Numbered from the whole stretch's first letter, positions 10,257 through 22,741 are shown. The stretch is DNA of 63,960 bases, filler included, from Globobulimina sp. (GCA_003354225.1; 25 parts of 25 records of this genome joined end to end with filler, not necessarily neighbours in it); one strand, 5' to 3'. The notes: generated by a model not told the origin, from the letters alone. Made by a program: numbers and translations.

Positions 10257-12071
10257 ATATTAAAAACAGAGCGTCGAGCGGACCAAGTACAGCTATTTGA
10301 GGTTGGCAGCTTACGGGAACTACATAGCTCACATTCAGAGGAGTTAAAAGAAGACGATTATATGGCCAATATATCGGTGAATAAAGCACAGAGAAACAGT
10401 AATAAGAAAACAAAACACAAAAAAGATAAAGGAAAACGATCCCCGGATAGTGCTGACGTGCCATGTAATGATAAGATGGCGAGGAAAGAGTTGCGATTCG
10501 AGTTATGCCATGAAATTAAATTGTCCTCCACGTGGATTATGTGTGTCGCTATCCATCATTCAGGGAATACGATCGCTATCGGCGGCTTAGACACAAATGT
10601 AACTTTGTTTGATATCACCGGCATAAATGAGCCGCACGATGATGGATTTCCAAACATTGCTACCAGTCCAAAATGTATGTATTTAACGCAATGTATTCTA
10701 TGTTTATTCTTCATATACTATGTGTTGTGTGGTACAGACAAGAAACAAAAGTCAAAGGTGGGCTCAGCTCCCTCCTCACCCAAAAGTGCCAAAACATCGC
10801 TGCATAAGTTTGAATTTGAGGTCTCTGACAAGGAATTGCTGTGCGGTGAGTTATCGTATTGGAGTGAATATATTTCGTGTATAGAATTCATGAATGATGA
10901 TACACATATTATTGTAGGCTCAGGCGATGGCAGTGTGACTATATGTGACTATGTGACCTGTTCACAGATATATAGCTGGCGCTGCGTGGATGATGTGACG
11001 AGTGTCGATTATTTATACTTGCAACCACAAGATATGAAACATTATAAATCCGCCACGAACCATACTGTTGCCAGTAACGTCAACGCGCGGCAACAAAAAA
11101 AGAAAAGGAAAAAATGGAGGTTCACTAAGAAGAAACACAAAAACGATTTTGATGACTCTGACAGCGACTTAATGAGCAATAATGCGTTGCATTATGAATA
11201 TAATGAGAAAGTTAAGGATACTTCGAATGCGATTATGATATTAATTGGAACCTGCACTGCGAGACAGGACGAGCACAATATATTCATTGACGAATATACT
11301 TTAATATCGGATACGACTGCGACTGTAAAACATAAGGAGAAAATTGTGGATTCGAATGGGGGGAATATGAGGTTTAGTTTTTGTTTACAGGACAAGAAGT
11401 GTGAAAGTGTGAAATTTTCAGCCAATGGCAAGTATTTTGCAGTGGGTGGTGAAGCTGGCAAATATGAGATATATGAACGACATTCGATGCAATTGGTACA
11501 TGAGCGGTATACGAAGGATGAGCAAGATATTGCTATCAGACAACGCAGACCGAATATGTTCAAATCAAAATCAAATTTAAAGGTGATTAGTGATGCAACT
11601 GATGATGATGAGGAGGAGGATGAGGAGGATGATGGTGCGGCAGTTACGTGCATGACATGGATCAATGACTATTCGTTGGCGGTGGGCAATGTGAAAGGAG
11701 AATTTATTTATATCTCTACGATATTGAATGAATATAAGATACGGACTTTTGTATTGAAGGAATGGATGCTTATTTTGGATAAAAAGTTTGATATTTGTAA
11801 TGATGAGGTTTCATTGATGAGCGCGGATAATATTATTGAAGAGATACATGCGTTTGTGGGCTGTGATGTTATCGATAATGTGATCGAAACTAATTTTGGG
11901 GAAAGAACGTCGTGTTTAACATCGCATCCGTATTTTCAAATGAGACCGATACATAACAGTCGGAATAATACTACACCGATTTCCTATGTAAGTCACCAAA
12001 GTAGGAAGGAAGGACTCTGTGTTTCTGCTTCGTGGAGCAAGGTGTTTCAAGGGTGTGTGTTAAAAGGGTAG
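10257..12071 (+). CDS. Divergent G-protein beta-like WD40 protein, 5' partial
   Basis: STWIMCVAIHHSGNTIAIGGLD, YISCIEF..D..IIVGSGD and RTSCL...SASW parallel G-beta blades; probable 63-nt intron 10675-10737. Confidence 0.7.
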   Translation: MLKTERRADQVQLFEVGSLRELHSSHSEELKEDDYMANISVNKAQRNSNKKTKHKKDKGKRSPDSADVPCNDKMARKELRFELCHEIKLSSTWIMCVAIHHSGNTIAIGGLDTNVTLFDITGINEPHDDGFPNIATSPKCMYLTQCILCLFFIYYVLCGTDKKQKSKVGSAPSSPKSAKTSLHKFEFEVSDKELLCGELSYWSEYISCIEFMNDDTHIIVGSGDGSVTICDYVTCSQIYSWRCVDDVTSVDYLYLQPQDMKHYKSATNHTVASNVNARQQKKKRKKWRFTKKKHKNDFDDSDSDLMSNNALHYEYNEKVKDTSNAIMILIGTCTARQDEHNIFIDEYTLISDTTATVKHKEKIVDSNGGNMRFSFCLQDKKCESVKFSANGKYFAVGGEAGKYEIYERHSMQLVHERYTKDEQDIAIRQRRPNMFKSKSNLKVISDATDDDEEEDEEDDGAAVTCMTWINDYSLAVGNVKGEFIYISTILNEYKIRTFVLKEWMLILDKKFDICNDEVSLMSADNIIEEIHAFVGCDVIDNVIETNFGERTSCLTSHPYFQMRPIHNSRNNTTPISYVSHQSRKEGLCVSASWSKVFQGCVLKG

Positions 12072-12407
12072 CAGTAATTTAGTATTAATCTGGAATATCG
12101 CACATATTGTTACAATGTAATGATCATGATTTGTTTTGTTGGTGTTGACATATTTGTATATAATAAATTGTTTTTTTATGGTTTTAGTTTTAGTTTGAAA
12201 ATTTAATAATATATGATTTGTATACAACTTGTATACCACTTGTATAGCAGCTATACTTTTCGTGAATTTTTGGCGAATATCCAAGTTGTGCAACATTATA
12301 AATAATGTGGATACAGTATAATTATTATAAATAATACAAGTATATATGTCAGATTATATGACCACAGAGAACATTACAATTATACAATTATACAATTAAC
12401 GCATAAA

Positions 12408-12716
12408 CTACAATTTGAATGCTTTAAATCCGCACATTTCTAAATTTCCCATTTTGATATATTGTGAAAATACATCTCTTTCTTTCGCATTCAAAGTGCT
12501 CACATTTGAATCGTATACAAAGTCCCAGTTTTTAGGATCAATAAACTCAACATTATTAAACCCATTTTGTTGGAAATATTTTGTAATTGTTGGTTCTTTA
12601 TAAAAAAATCCAGTTATCTGCGTTCCAAAATCAATTTTATATCTGATCGCCTCATCCATTCCATCGACATCTTTGATGGTTTTATTTGCAGCGATTCGCG
12701 GACCGCCTTCGATTCC
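12408..12716 (-). CDS. C-terminal fragment of a hypothetical protein (possibly methyltransferase-like)
   Basis: Frame open from contig end to stop; FQQNGFNNVEF. Confidence 0.35.
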   Translation of the reverse strand, partial: GIEGGPRIAANKTIKDVDGMDEAIRYKIDFGTQITGFFYKEPTITKYFQQNGFNNVEFIDPKNWDFVYDSNVSTLNAKERDVFSQYIKMGNLEMCGFKAFKL

Positions 12717-13085
12717 AANNNNNNNNNNNNNNNNNNNNNNNNNNNNNNNNNNNNNNNNNNNNTTAATTAATTAANNNNNNNNNNNNNNNNNNNNNNNNNN
12801 NNNNNNNNNNNNNNNNNNAATTCAATTATAAATTTGTTCTTGTTCTGGATTTGCAAAGCGTTGCTCAGATAATTGAATAAAATGTATACAACGTATCGGC
12901 CAGGGAGGTGGTTATCTTTTGGAATATATCGTTAAGATGTTAAGTGTCTTAATTCATAGTTGCAACATGGCAGATGCTGTGATAATTATTTGTGTGACGG
13001 TTGGTGTAATATCATTTTTTGTATGGACAGGAGTTGTTTTATATGGTCGTAAAGATTGCGGAGAGTTGTTCTATTCGAATAAATG

Positions 13086-14154
13086 TCATAAATGATTATT
13101 AAACCATAAAATATCTTGAATGGCTACTTTGTACTGCGGTGCTGCACTGCACTTTCTTTCAAACAGATAAATGTATTCCAAATTATAAAACATCAAAATA
13201 ACACTGTTAATTTCCGATGGTGATCTTTGTACAGATTGATTTCTGATATATCCACATATTAATACATTATTTCTGTTGTATGTAGCATTTGCCACAGCAA
13301 ATATATTACAAAAGTAAGGTAATTGTAAGCTAGATTCAGTTATCTGCATTGTATCAATGTTCATGATATAAATGGCACGGTTAAGTCCAATGTAAGCATG
13401 AAATAAAACTATGTATTTTTCATTTGATGTTAACGTTGCAACAACGGACCAACCCATTGATTTAATGGGTAATTTCTTTTTTGATTTTGTCCATTTTTTC
13501 TGAGTGAATGAGTAAATATAAATTGAATCCATTGACAAACCGCCATCATTTCCTCCAAATATAAATAAACATTGTTTTGATTGGATATAAATACTCTCTG
13601 CTCTGCAAAGTCCTGTCTTTAAATCCTTAATATATAACAAAAACATTTTTATTTGTATGATTATCTGAGAATTGTACCTCGAATTTATGTAATTCCTCAA
13701 ATTGCTTATTTTGGTCATTCCATACGATGTGTTGAGTGCTGCTGTTTCCTCCAATAACATGAAATTGCTGATTTACAACAATTGAAACTGGATATATTCC
13801 AATTCTATATTTGCATAAATGTTCAAATAGAATTACTTTTGTTTCTAAATCAATAATAAAGAAATGTTTGGTATAACCATCATACAAATATAGTTTTTTA
13901 TTATATTTATCAAATGCTGCGGTATGATAACTAAAATCATGTCTATTCTCCAAATAATCGTTTTTGTTATACTCTATAAATAATTCCGTTTCATTTTTAT
14001 CAATAAAATATTTATAAATGCCTGGTCTATCATGTTCTAAATCGTATTGTGATGATAAAATAATTTCATTGTGATTCATGAGAATTGGTTTAGTAAATTC
14101 ATGTGAATAGAAACGATCCTTCGAATTCAGCTTCACAAAGTTAACTGCAGCCAT
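13086..14154 (-). CDS. Kelch-repeat protein with C-terminal GYIR module, 2 exons
   Basis: HVIGG and FIFGG Kelch motifs; GT-AG intron 13626-13677 restores frame. Confidence 0.8.
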
Positions 14155-14557
14155 TATTAGATAACTTTTTTCTGCGCTGAAAAATACGTAAACTGATAAT
14201 GGCACAAGTTGACATGGACACAACATAAGCTGTAGGGTTACAACAAAAGCAAAAGATGAATTAGTCGGACTCGAACAGTTATAATAAAGTTATCATTTAT
14301 ATGCATTTCAGATTTCCATATTAAAGTCCGTTGATTTTCCCTCGAAACCTTAATCATTTTCCCATGTCGCAAGTTCATATTATAAAATCTAACTTGTCAT
14401 TAAAACAAATGCGCAAAGTTACTCAGTTTTGGGGAAAGCGTTAATATATTAAATATAAAGAAGATAAATGAAATGGACAATATGTATAAGATAAATGAAA
14501 TAGAAAATATGAAGAAAGAGTCGGGAATATTAGTGTTGGGATATTTAATTATTTAAA

Positions 14558-15281
14558 TCATCGAATAAGGGGATTAGTTTGCGATAAAATAGTTTCATCA
14601 TCCACCTCTTCATCGACGTCGCTCCCTTTAGTTTTAATAGCTATTTTTGCGCTGTCCGCTTCACCAACAATTTCTACACATTTTGTTTCATTTCTAAACT
14701 GCATCATTTTACAACAATATACACGTTTTCCTCGCTTATATCGTATCAAAACATAGCTTAATATCACCAGACACGCCACCAATGACAAAAATATCGATGC
14801 ATATACTACACCGGTCTAAAAAATAATATTCAAATTCATAAACTAAAGCAAACTCAATTTTATAGTTTGTAACAAAACTAAACTATTCCTTTGTTTGTAT
14901 CCGATGCGAATTCTTCAGTTTGTTGCTCATTTGCATTTTGTACACTGTTGCTTGTATCTGTGGAAATTTCCACACATTGTGTAGTGCCATTAACTTCCAT
15001 TAACGTACATGTATCGAAACATCCTTCCATTAATTCTCCAATATAACATTCACATGGAACTGTCACATTTTTTAATTTAATTAATTCACTAAAATTTGTG
15101 GGACAGTTTGCTGTCGCCATAGGAGTTGATAATATATCATCAATATTTGATGTGAGAAAATCATCTGACTCTGTTGTTATAGGTGTTGTTGTATTGAAAA
15201 TATAATCATTACCAGAACAAGGTTTATCTTTGCCGTGTTTATCATGTTTCTGGTTATCTGCACCATCCATACTATCGACTG
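14558..15281 (-). CDS. Single-pass membrane protein, 5' partial, spliced
   Basis: Thr/Cys-rich ectodomain; GT-AG intron near 14816-14883; TM segment followed by basic residues. Confidence 0.6.
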
Positions 15282-15557
15282 NNNNNNNNNNNNNNNNNNN
15301 NNNNNNNNNNNNNNNNNNNNNNNNNTTAATTAATTAANNNNNNNNNNNNNNNNNNNNNNNNNNNNNNNNNNNNNNNNNNNNAAGAGTTATTGCCCATGGT
15401 CAGCATACTTAGTTACAAAGTGAAGCACTCAAATGTTAGTAAAAATAGAAAATTTAAATGTTGATTGAAGAAATGAACTAAAAGCAAAAACCCTAATGCA
15501 ACTCTGTTGCCCCCTATTACATGTTATATATCTTAACGATTTTTGACAGTAGTGAAC

Positions 15558-16943
15558 ATGTCGTTGCTTCCTTTGATTAGATTTCGACATTTAGACACGC
15601 AATTGACTGATGATGAATTTTTTTATCAATTTACTAAGTCTGTTGGAAGAGAACTAATCACAAAATTATTATTTAATCATTTTAAAACTAATCCCAGCCA
15701 AATATCAACAATTACAAACATTCAATCCGGTATTATTACAAAAAGAGAAGAAAATCAACAGATATTACCGTATGATTGTATCGATACATTACCATCAGAA
15801 CTAATTAGTGAATGTGGATCGTATTTACATTATAAAGAATATTATCGATTGGCTGAATGCAACAGAAAAACATATATTGCATGTTATGCATTTCCTAAAA
15901 TACAGGAATTAGATTTAAGGTTTGCAAATATGTCAGAATCGACGGATATGATTCATTTGAATGCATTTAAAAATATTGGAAAATTATCAATGAGTACCAG
16001 ATCTTTCAATGTTTTATCAGCATCAAATAAGCGAACATGGTCCAATAATAATTCATTGCATACATTGGAATTAAACAATACCAATAAAAATGAAACCTTA
16101 TCGTTTATCAACCAACATTTAATTAATTACAATACCATTACAACATTATTCCTTTGTGCTTTTACACCAGAATTAATTCAAGCTTTAGCATCAAACTTAC
16201 AATTTACACAAATTCAAACTTTAAACCTTATCTACATTGCCGGTAATAATTCAAATTTAATCGAAAAAACTGAAATAAAAAAATGGTTTCCATTTGTAAA
16301 ACGATTACGGATTTTTGACGGAACCAATCCAATGTTTTCAGGTAATATTGTTGAAGCATTACATAATGAAATAGAAACATTAACAGTTACTACTATACGT
16401 ACGCCAACTCCTTCAAATATAACTTATCCAAAATTACAATCAGTAACGTTCTGTAATCCAAATGATGTAAGTTTTTTAAAAAAAATACCAGAAACACAGC
16501 TGAAACGTGTTACACTTATCGACTGTGAAAATATTATAATAAATCCATTTATTGAGAATACAATATGTAAACAATTAGCATTAGAACATGTTGCAGTTTT
16601 GGGTGGTAATTCACTTTATTTTTTACAGCGACTTGAAAGGTTGTTGATAAAAAACTGCAGGAATATTAAACGGAAATGTAAAAGGTTACGTATTCAAGTT
16701 GAATGTGAGACAGCTCATTTTCGAAATGTAAAAGGTTACGTATTCAGAGTAAGCCATGCATTGAAAGTTTCAAATATTGATAAGTGGTGTTTAGAAATAG
16801 AGCATAATGTACGTCATAGTTTTGAGAAAGAATATTTAGAAAATAAATTTAATGAAATGAAAAGAAATTATTATGTCAATTATCAAATTACACAAACAAA
16901 ATTGACAGTTATTGTTTCGAATAGCAAAGAAATGTTCAAGTGA
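15558..16943 (+). CDS. F-box/LRR-like protein
   Basis: IDTLPSELISECGSYL F-box-like motif followed by degenerate LRRs. Confidence 0.65.
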   Translation: MSLLPLIRFRHLDTQLTDDEFFYQFTKSVGRELITKLLFNHFKTNPSQISTITNIQSGIITKREENQQILPYDCIDTLPSELISECGSYLHYKEYYRLAECNRKTYIACYAFPKIQELDLRFANMSESTDMIHLNAFKNIGKLSMSTRSFNVLSASNKRTWSNNNSLHTLELNNTNKNETLSFINQHLINYNTITTLFLCAFTPELIQALASNLQFTQIQTLNLIYIAGNNSNLIEKTEIKKWFPFVKRLRIFDGTNPMFSGNIVEALHNEIETLTVTTIRTPTPSNITYPKLQSVTFCNPNDVSFLKKIPETQLKRVTLIDCENIIINPFIENTICKQLALEHVAVLGGNSLYFLQRLERLLIKNCRNIKRKCKRLRIQVECETAHFRNVKGYVFRVSHALKVSNIDKWCLEIEHNVRHSFEKEYLENKFNEMKRNYYVNYQITQTKLTVIVSNSKEMFK

Positions 16944-17062
16944 TATTCTTGTTTGTATTTTTTATTCATAAATTATTGTTCGGGGTTTATCGGTCGCTAT
17001 TTATCGGATTTTGGGATATTTTAGAAACATCCTACAGTTGGGAAAAACAACAGCTCTCCCAC

Positions 17063-17194
17063 AGTTACATAGCAGTAAGACTAAATGAAAAAGTGCAGCG
17101 CCACATAAATTGAAAAAGTGCGGCGCCACTATAGTTAGCATACGCAGACGCCACAATGTTGCGCTTTTAGTCTTACTGCTATGCTAACTATAGT
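17063..17194. repeat. Small inverted-repeat element with internal direct repeats
   Basis: CATAGCAGTAAGACTAAA pairs with TTTAGTCTTACTGCTATG; TGAAAAAGTGCRGCGCCAC occurs twice; extra arm at 17128-17142. Confidence 0.65.
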
Positions 17195-17425
17195 ATTCTA
17201 TACAAATTACTCAAATATCTTTTTACCTGAGAAAAAGCATCATGTAGTTATTAAGTCTTCCGCTAAACAGATAGAAATACCGTACAATAACGCAAGTTCT
17301 GTGAAAACCTTTCAAGAGTAAGTATAATTCCCAATCCTTTCGTAAGGACTAGACTCTGAAAGGCATAACTAAAGCAAATCTCTTGGCAGACCGACTCAAT
17401 CTCGACAGTCAAAATATACACCACG

Positions 17426-17844
17426 ATGAAGAAAAACAGAGATCAGAACACAAAAAACAAATCACCGCAACAAATACTCAAAGGCAAGAAACGCCCACAA
17501 AAACCGGCGCCATCCAATAAATTTGCGCTTAACACATTGTACTCGCAACATAATAAAATTGTGGATGATATCAAGAACATTCAGAAAGATTTGGAGCAAT
17601 TAGGTGAGAAAAAAGAGGACGTTGCTCACAGGAGTAAGCAAAACGCGGTCCTTCGACATTTAATGGATAATAAAAGAAAATATCGAGAACAATCAAGAAT
17701 TTGGAATTAACGATGGGTAAGAAAAGGAAAAAACCGCAGGAAAGAATATCCGTGGGAATGCCCACCAACCGCAATAAAAATAAGAAAAAACAGACGAGCG
17801 ACAATAAAGAAAATTCAGATTCCTCCCATATTGTCAGCCTTGAC
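17426..17844 (+). CDS. Lys-rich coiled-coil hypothetical protein, frameshifted and 3' partial
   Basis: Two overlapping ORFs joinable by one base near 17690. Confidence 0.4.
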
Positions 17845-18101
17845 NNNNNNNNNNNNNNNNNNNNNNNNNNNNNNNNNNNNNNNNNNNNTTAATTAATTAA
17901 NNNNNNNNNNNNNNNNNNNNNNNNNNNNNNNNNNNNNNNNNNNNCTTTTGCTTTTTTTTTTCTGTTGTTTTATATCATTAGGCTTTAATTTAGGATTTGT
18001 AAATAGTGTATGAACGAATCAGTTAACTTTTTGGCTTTCTTAGTGTTTTTGAAGAGAAGGTTATTTTGTTTGAAAACCTTAAGTTTTTCGTTTGTTTTTT
18101 A

Positions 18102-19112
18102 ATGGCTAACTACGTGCAAGAAGGCATGCGCAGTGCAACAACATCTCATCGCAATGTCTGTAACGATGAAACCATTGAGTCAGAATGGCTGCGATCCACC
18201 AATTTACCACATTTAATCCCCATATTTAAGCAAAACAACTTGACATTACAGGAATTGATGACAATGGAAGAACAGACATTATCTCAAGTGTTGATGTTAT
18301 TAAATATCAATAAATTGAACACTTTGCGTCTTGTCAATAATATAAAAAATTTAAAAGCATCACAGAAAAAACAACAGAGACCAAATCGTATAATCATTAC
18401 AAAGGAAGAAACAGTGGCATTGAGAGAATTGGATAACACTTTGAAAGACTTATCAAACCAAACAAAATCCATCGAACAACAAAATGCATTAAATGAGTCA
18501 TTCCGAGAAATATTGAGAAAGGTTCAAAAGAGACAACATATTTTATTGAAGGAAATGAAATCGAAACGTGATGAATATAAAAACATTTTATCTCAACAGT
18601 TACAAAATATTTCAAAGACAATTAATTATTTAACAATCGCAAAAAATCAATGTGAATATAATATAAATAATCGACGTGATCTGTTATCAGCAAATGACGA
18701 TAATGTTCAATTAATTGATTCAATATTATCGCAAATAGATATAAAAAACACTAATTTTAATTGCATTCAGCAACAGATATGTTTTGAGCACACAAAATCT
18801 GAATCTTTGGAGAGTATTAAATGTTATGGCTCCATCAAAATGACGGATACCAATATTGATTTAAAAAACAATAACAGCGGCAATATGATATTAGATATTG
18901 TTACAAATGAAGAGATCCAGCAACAGCAACAGAAGAATAATAATCCATTACCACCTCCACAACAACAACAACCGCCGCATATTATAAGTAATTTGTCGCA
19001 ACAACAGATGATGCAGTTACAGCAGAAAGGGTATTCAATCCAACATAATCCGAACCGGCCAGGGTCATATATTGTGATGCCACCGATGGTACAGCAACCA
19101 CAGGGAAATTAG
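18102..19112 (+). CDS. SAM domain + coiled-coil protein with Q/P-rich tail (paralog of 3457-4911)
   Basis: WLRSTNLPHLIPIFKQN and RIIITKEE align with the 3457-4911 protein. Confidence 0.7.
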   Translation: MANYVQEGMRSATTSHRNVCNDETIESEWLRSTNLPHLIPIFKQNNLTLQELMTMEEQTLSQVLMLLNINKLNTLRLVNNIKNLKASQKKQQRPNRIIITKEETVALRELDNTLKDLSNQTKSIEQQNALNESFREILRKVQKRQHILLKEMKSKRDEYKNILSQQLQNISKTINYLTIAKNQCEYNINNRRDLLSANDDNVQLIDSILSQIDIKNTNFNCIQQQICFEHTKSESLESIKCYGSIKMTDTNIDLKNNNSGNMILDIVTNEEIQQQQQKNNNPLPPPQQQQPPHIISNLSQQQMMQLQQKGYSIQHNPNRPGSYIVMPPMVQQPQGN

Positions 19113-19581
19113 ATATTGAAAGAAAAAGAGTTGAAATAGAAAAATTAACTTTAATATTCATAAAAAATGTAATAAATTAAACACATCCAAACAAAGATGG
19201 TAATACAAATTAACCATCTTCAAAACTTCAAAACTTCTAAGAAATCAATCGTATTTTATCAATGTCTTTAACACAAACTACGGTGCTCTTGCCAATGATT
19301 GATGGGACTAAGAAACATAAAGCAAATACAAATATGACAAAAAGGAAAAAAAATCACAGAAAATCGATAATGATTTGAAAACCCCGCTTTTGCTCCCCCG
19401 CCCTACAAAAAAAAAAACACAAAGACATAAAAAAATATTCTAAGATTGGCTAGATATTCCAATTTTAATTTTGTTCATGGCATTGTGTAAATGCTACTAT
19501 TATTATTATTATTATACAATACAAGTATATAATACAGAGATCGCTTAACAAAAAAACAACAAAAAATAATATACGTCAGTT

Positions 19582-20407
19582 TTATATGTCAGCCATTTGC
19601 AACTCATCGAATGGAGCAGATGTTGATGCACTGCTTAAAGGGGACATATTGGGCACTGCGTCGTGAGAACTTGCAGTTACAATACGTACTTTGGCCTCCA
19701 TTTTCTTATTGGATTTCGTTGTCGTTGTCGTGGTTGTCGTGGTTGCAGTCGTTGTAGGTGTCGTACTCGACATATCTTTATTTTTCTTGACATATTTATT
19801 ACGATCATGCGTAGTGTCCCGCGATGACTGTAACTCCGATGCGTCGCCATGTAATCTGTCAGCAATCCTAGATTTATGTTGATATTTTCTGCAATGAAAA
19901 CAATCATTTATTACATTACAAATGATTTTCCACCTTTTAACATTTTTGGAATGACACGACAAAAATATGGAGCCAACACCGGCCAAAGGCAATGTAAATG
20001 CCATTTGGATATACAAACCGCTCCACAATGAATACCCTTTGTAACATCTATCAATATCACCTAATTTGGCTCGAAACGTCAAACAAAACATTCTTTCCTC
20101 CGCAGCGTCCAATATCATCGGTCTTTTATTATGAAACTGTACATAATATAAATAATATTTATTTATTGATTTATTTTAATTTGATTGCTTGCTTTTTATA
20201 TACAAAAAACTGTCAAACAATCAAAAAAGAAAAATATAGCACTTACCACCCACGATAATTCGCACACAAATATCCAACAAATTAATTGAAATATAAAATA
20301 CCATAAAATTCGTCTGCCCAAACTTTTCATCATTTTTCTATGCTGTTCGTTTGCTGAATGATCTGTAACTTACCATAATAAGTATATAGCAAACGGCAAA
20401 AAAATAA
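19582..20407 (-). CDS. C-terminal part of a multi-pass (GPCR-like) membrane protein, spliced
   Basis: Hydrophobic helices on both sides of a GTAAGT...CAG intron (~20138-20246); Thr-rich tail. Confidence 0.5.
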
Positions 20408-20507
20408 NNNNNNNNNNNNNNNNNNNNNNNNNNNNNNNNNNNNNNNNNNNNTTAATTAATTAANNNNNNNNNNNNNNNNNNNNNNNNNNNNNNNNNNNNN
20501 NNNNNNN

Positions 20508-22681
20508 ATGGTCCAAAATAATTGTTGACCAAAAAAGATAGTCACAATTCTCACCCCAGATATTTCCAATGCTAACATAGAGATTGAAAAATCGTCAGTT
20601 ATAAACAGTACCGAACCATCTCTTCGTTGTTCATCTGCAGTGGCTACGAATTGCAAGAAACAGGTCCGTACAAACCCAAATATAGTACATGCAGACAATA
20701 GAATAATTTTCCAATTTTTATCCATTTTAATTGAATCTAACGCTGCAATGCACATAATTGCTAATATCATCCAGATGGCAAACGAAATATATTGGATGAT
20801 GGCTAATTGTATACTAATACCAAAATCCGTATATATTTGCGGATTTAAATATAAATCATCAATCGCAGACGATATGACATAGCTCATTCCGTAACCTGTT
20901 TGTAACCAAAAGTCAAACGATGTCACTGCAAATATAAATGCTTGTTTATTGCATGTGAGCATAAATAAAACAGCATACGGTACAAATATAATAAAACCTA
21001 TAATAATCCATATTATTTGATACAATATGGCAGTCTTATCATCTGTGGCGGTTTCGTCCATAATTAAAATTATTACATATACAAAGATAGTAAGCACCAA
21101 TAGAATTTTTGCAGTTTTGCTCCAAAATAGTTTAATTATTGTATCTGCTGTTTGTTTACTCGTCAAATAATGAAGAAATGTATCTTTTTCATCAAAGAAA
21201 TAATAGATATTTAGATCCATATCGTCTTTTTTTTGATCAATACTGGTTAATGTCAGCGTTCGTTTTCGTAATTTCGGTCTGATGATCTCATGTATCTCCA
21301 TTAAATCTGAGTCATTCAGCTCGATTTTGCCATTCATATTTAAATAGTCAGCTAATATTTTATCAATTCCACCCAATATATCCACGAGCACTCTGGCATA
21401 GCGATCATTATTTATGCCCCGTTTTAGTTGTTGCTCATGTAATAACTTTAAAGTCTGTTTACTAATAATGAAACTTTCACTATTTATCTTTGAAACATCT
21501 GTTTTTCTGTCATTATTATGTTGCAATTGGTCCGCTTGTTTTTTCCCGTTTAAGTTTGTATCATGGCCGTGGTCAACATTCCAAATAATATATGGAGTTT
21601 TGTATAAAACTATTCCTTGAATCTTTCCATTTTCCTCTTTCCTCGAATATGCTAAACAGGCCTGGCGATACAAAAAAATATTCAATATCAACATTGTACT
21701 GATTTCCAGAGACACTATGGGCACAGCAAAGTGCGCTCCTATTTGGATGAGGCCATACTTTGACTCCTGAGATTCGCCAGATCCATCAGACGATTTTATC
21801 GTTGTTGCGATAACATAATAGGAGGCAAAAATGGCCACCAATGACACTATTATCGTCTTTCCAATCCGGTGAATGCGAATGCCATCAAACAGAGAAATAA
21901 CAGCAATCATTAAAATAAAGGCTGTACCAAACAATACTCTTTCTACGATTGCTAATTTTGGATATGGCCATCGATCATATTGCAATACATAATAATCAAT
22001 CCAGATTGCAATAAAATGACATACTGACACAAATATTTTAAACCAAAACTCAAAGCCTGCGCCGATTAATCGCAATGCGATTCTATTGATTGTCAACAGC
22101 TTATACAAACAGTACGGTGTCCAAATGAACACACTAAATGATAAGGAATATGCGATATGCTGTGCAGTTCCAAAATTGTATCGGGTGAAGTTGCCTATTA
22201 TGTTATACATTAATAAGGTTACAACAATTGATGATAAATACAGTTTACTTTCATAAAATGCTATTAATTTATCCACAACGTTTTTATTCTTTATATAAAA
22301 ACTTGATTTATGGAGAAGCGTATCATTTTTATAAAATGAATAGCAAAAATCTTCTTCATTGTAATTGCGCGATGTATTGGTGTTGGTAGTATTGGTTAAT
22401 ATCGTTTTTGTTTTATGCCGAGTGAAGGTTTTTGTCCGTTGATGTGACCGCAGTTCAGATTTGGTGCTGGTTATATTGATAATTTGCGTGCATTGATCTT
22501 GTGTCAATGCTAAGCCGTCAATGACACTTTGAGACAGATAATCACTCAAAACTTTATCAATTCCGCCAAGAATAGTAATTATTGGCAATGTGTTTGATGC
22601 GTTATCTTTCCCCTCTGCCAATTGTTGTTGATGGATATGACAAAGTGGATTTGAATCTGCTTCTTTCACTGTTTCAGACAT
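20508..22681 (-). CDS. Internally duplicated polytopic membrane protein, 3' partial
   Basis: Two copies each of ILGGIDKxLxDYL, DTxLH, PY..TxN..A..FxFW and LEIS. Confidence 0.75.
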
Positions 22682-22741
22682 TGTCTAAAAGAAAAACTTC
22701 AAACATTATTGTTTTTTGATAAAAGGTGAATAAATACTGGC

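Noticed and set aside
14255-14330. GTTCGAGTCC (tRNA T-loop/B-box) on the minus strand
   Set aside because: No acceptor, D or anticodon stems in the surrounding AT-rich sequence
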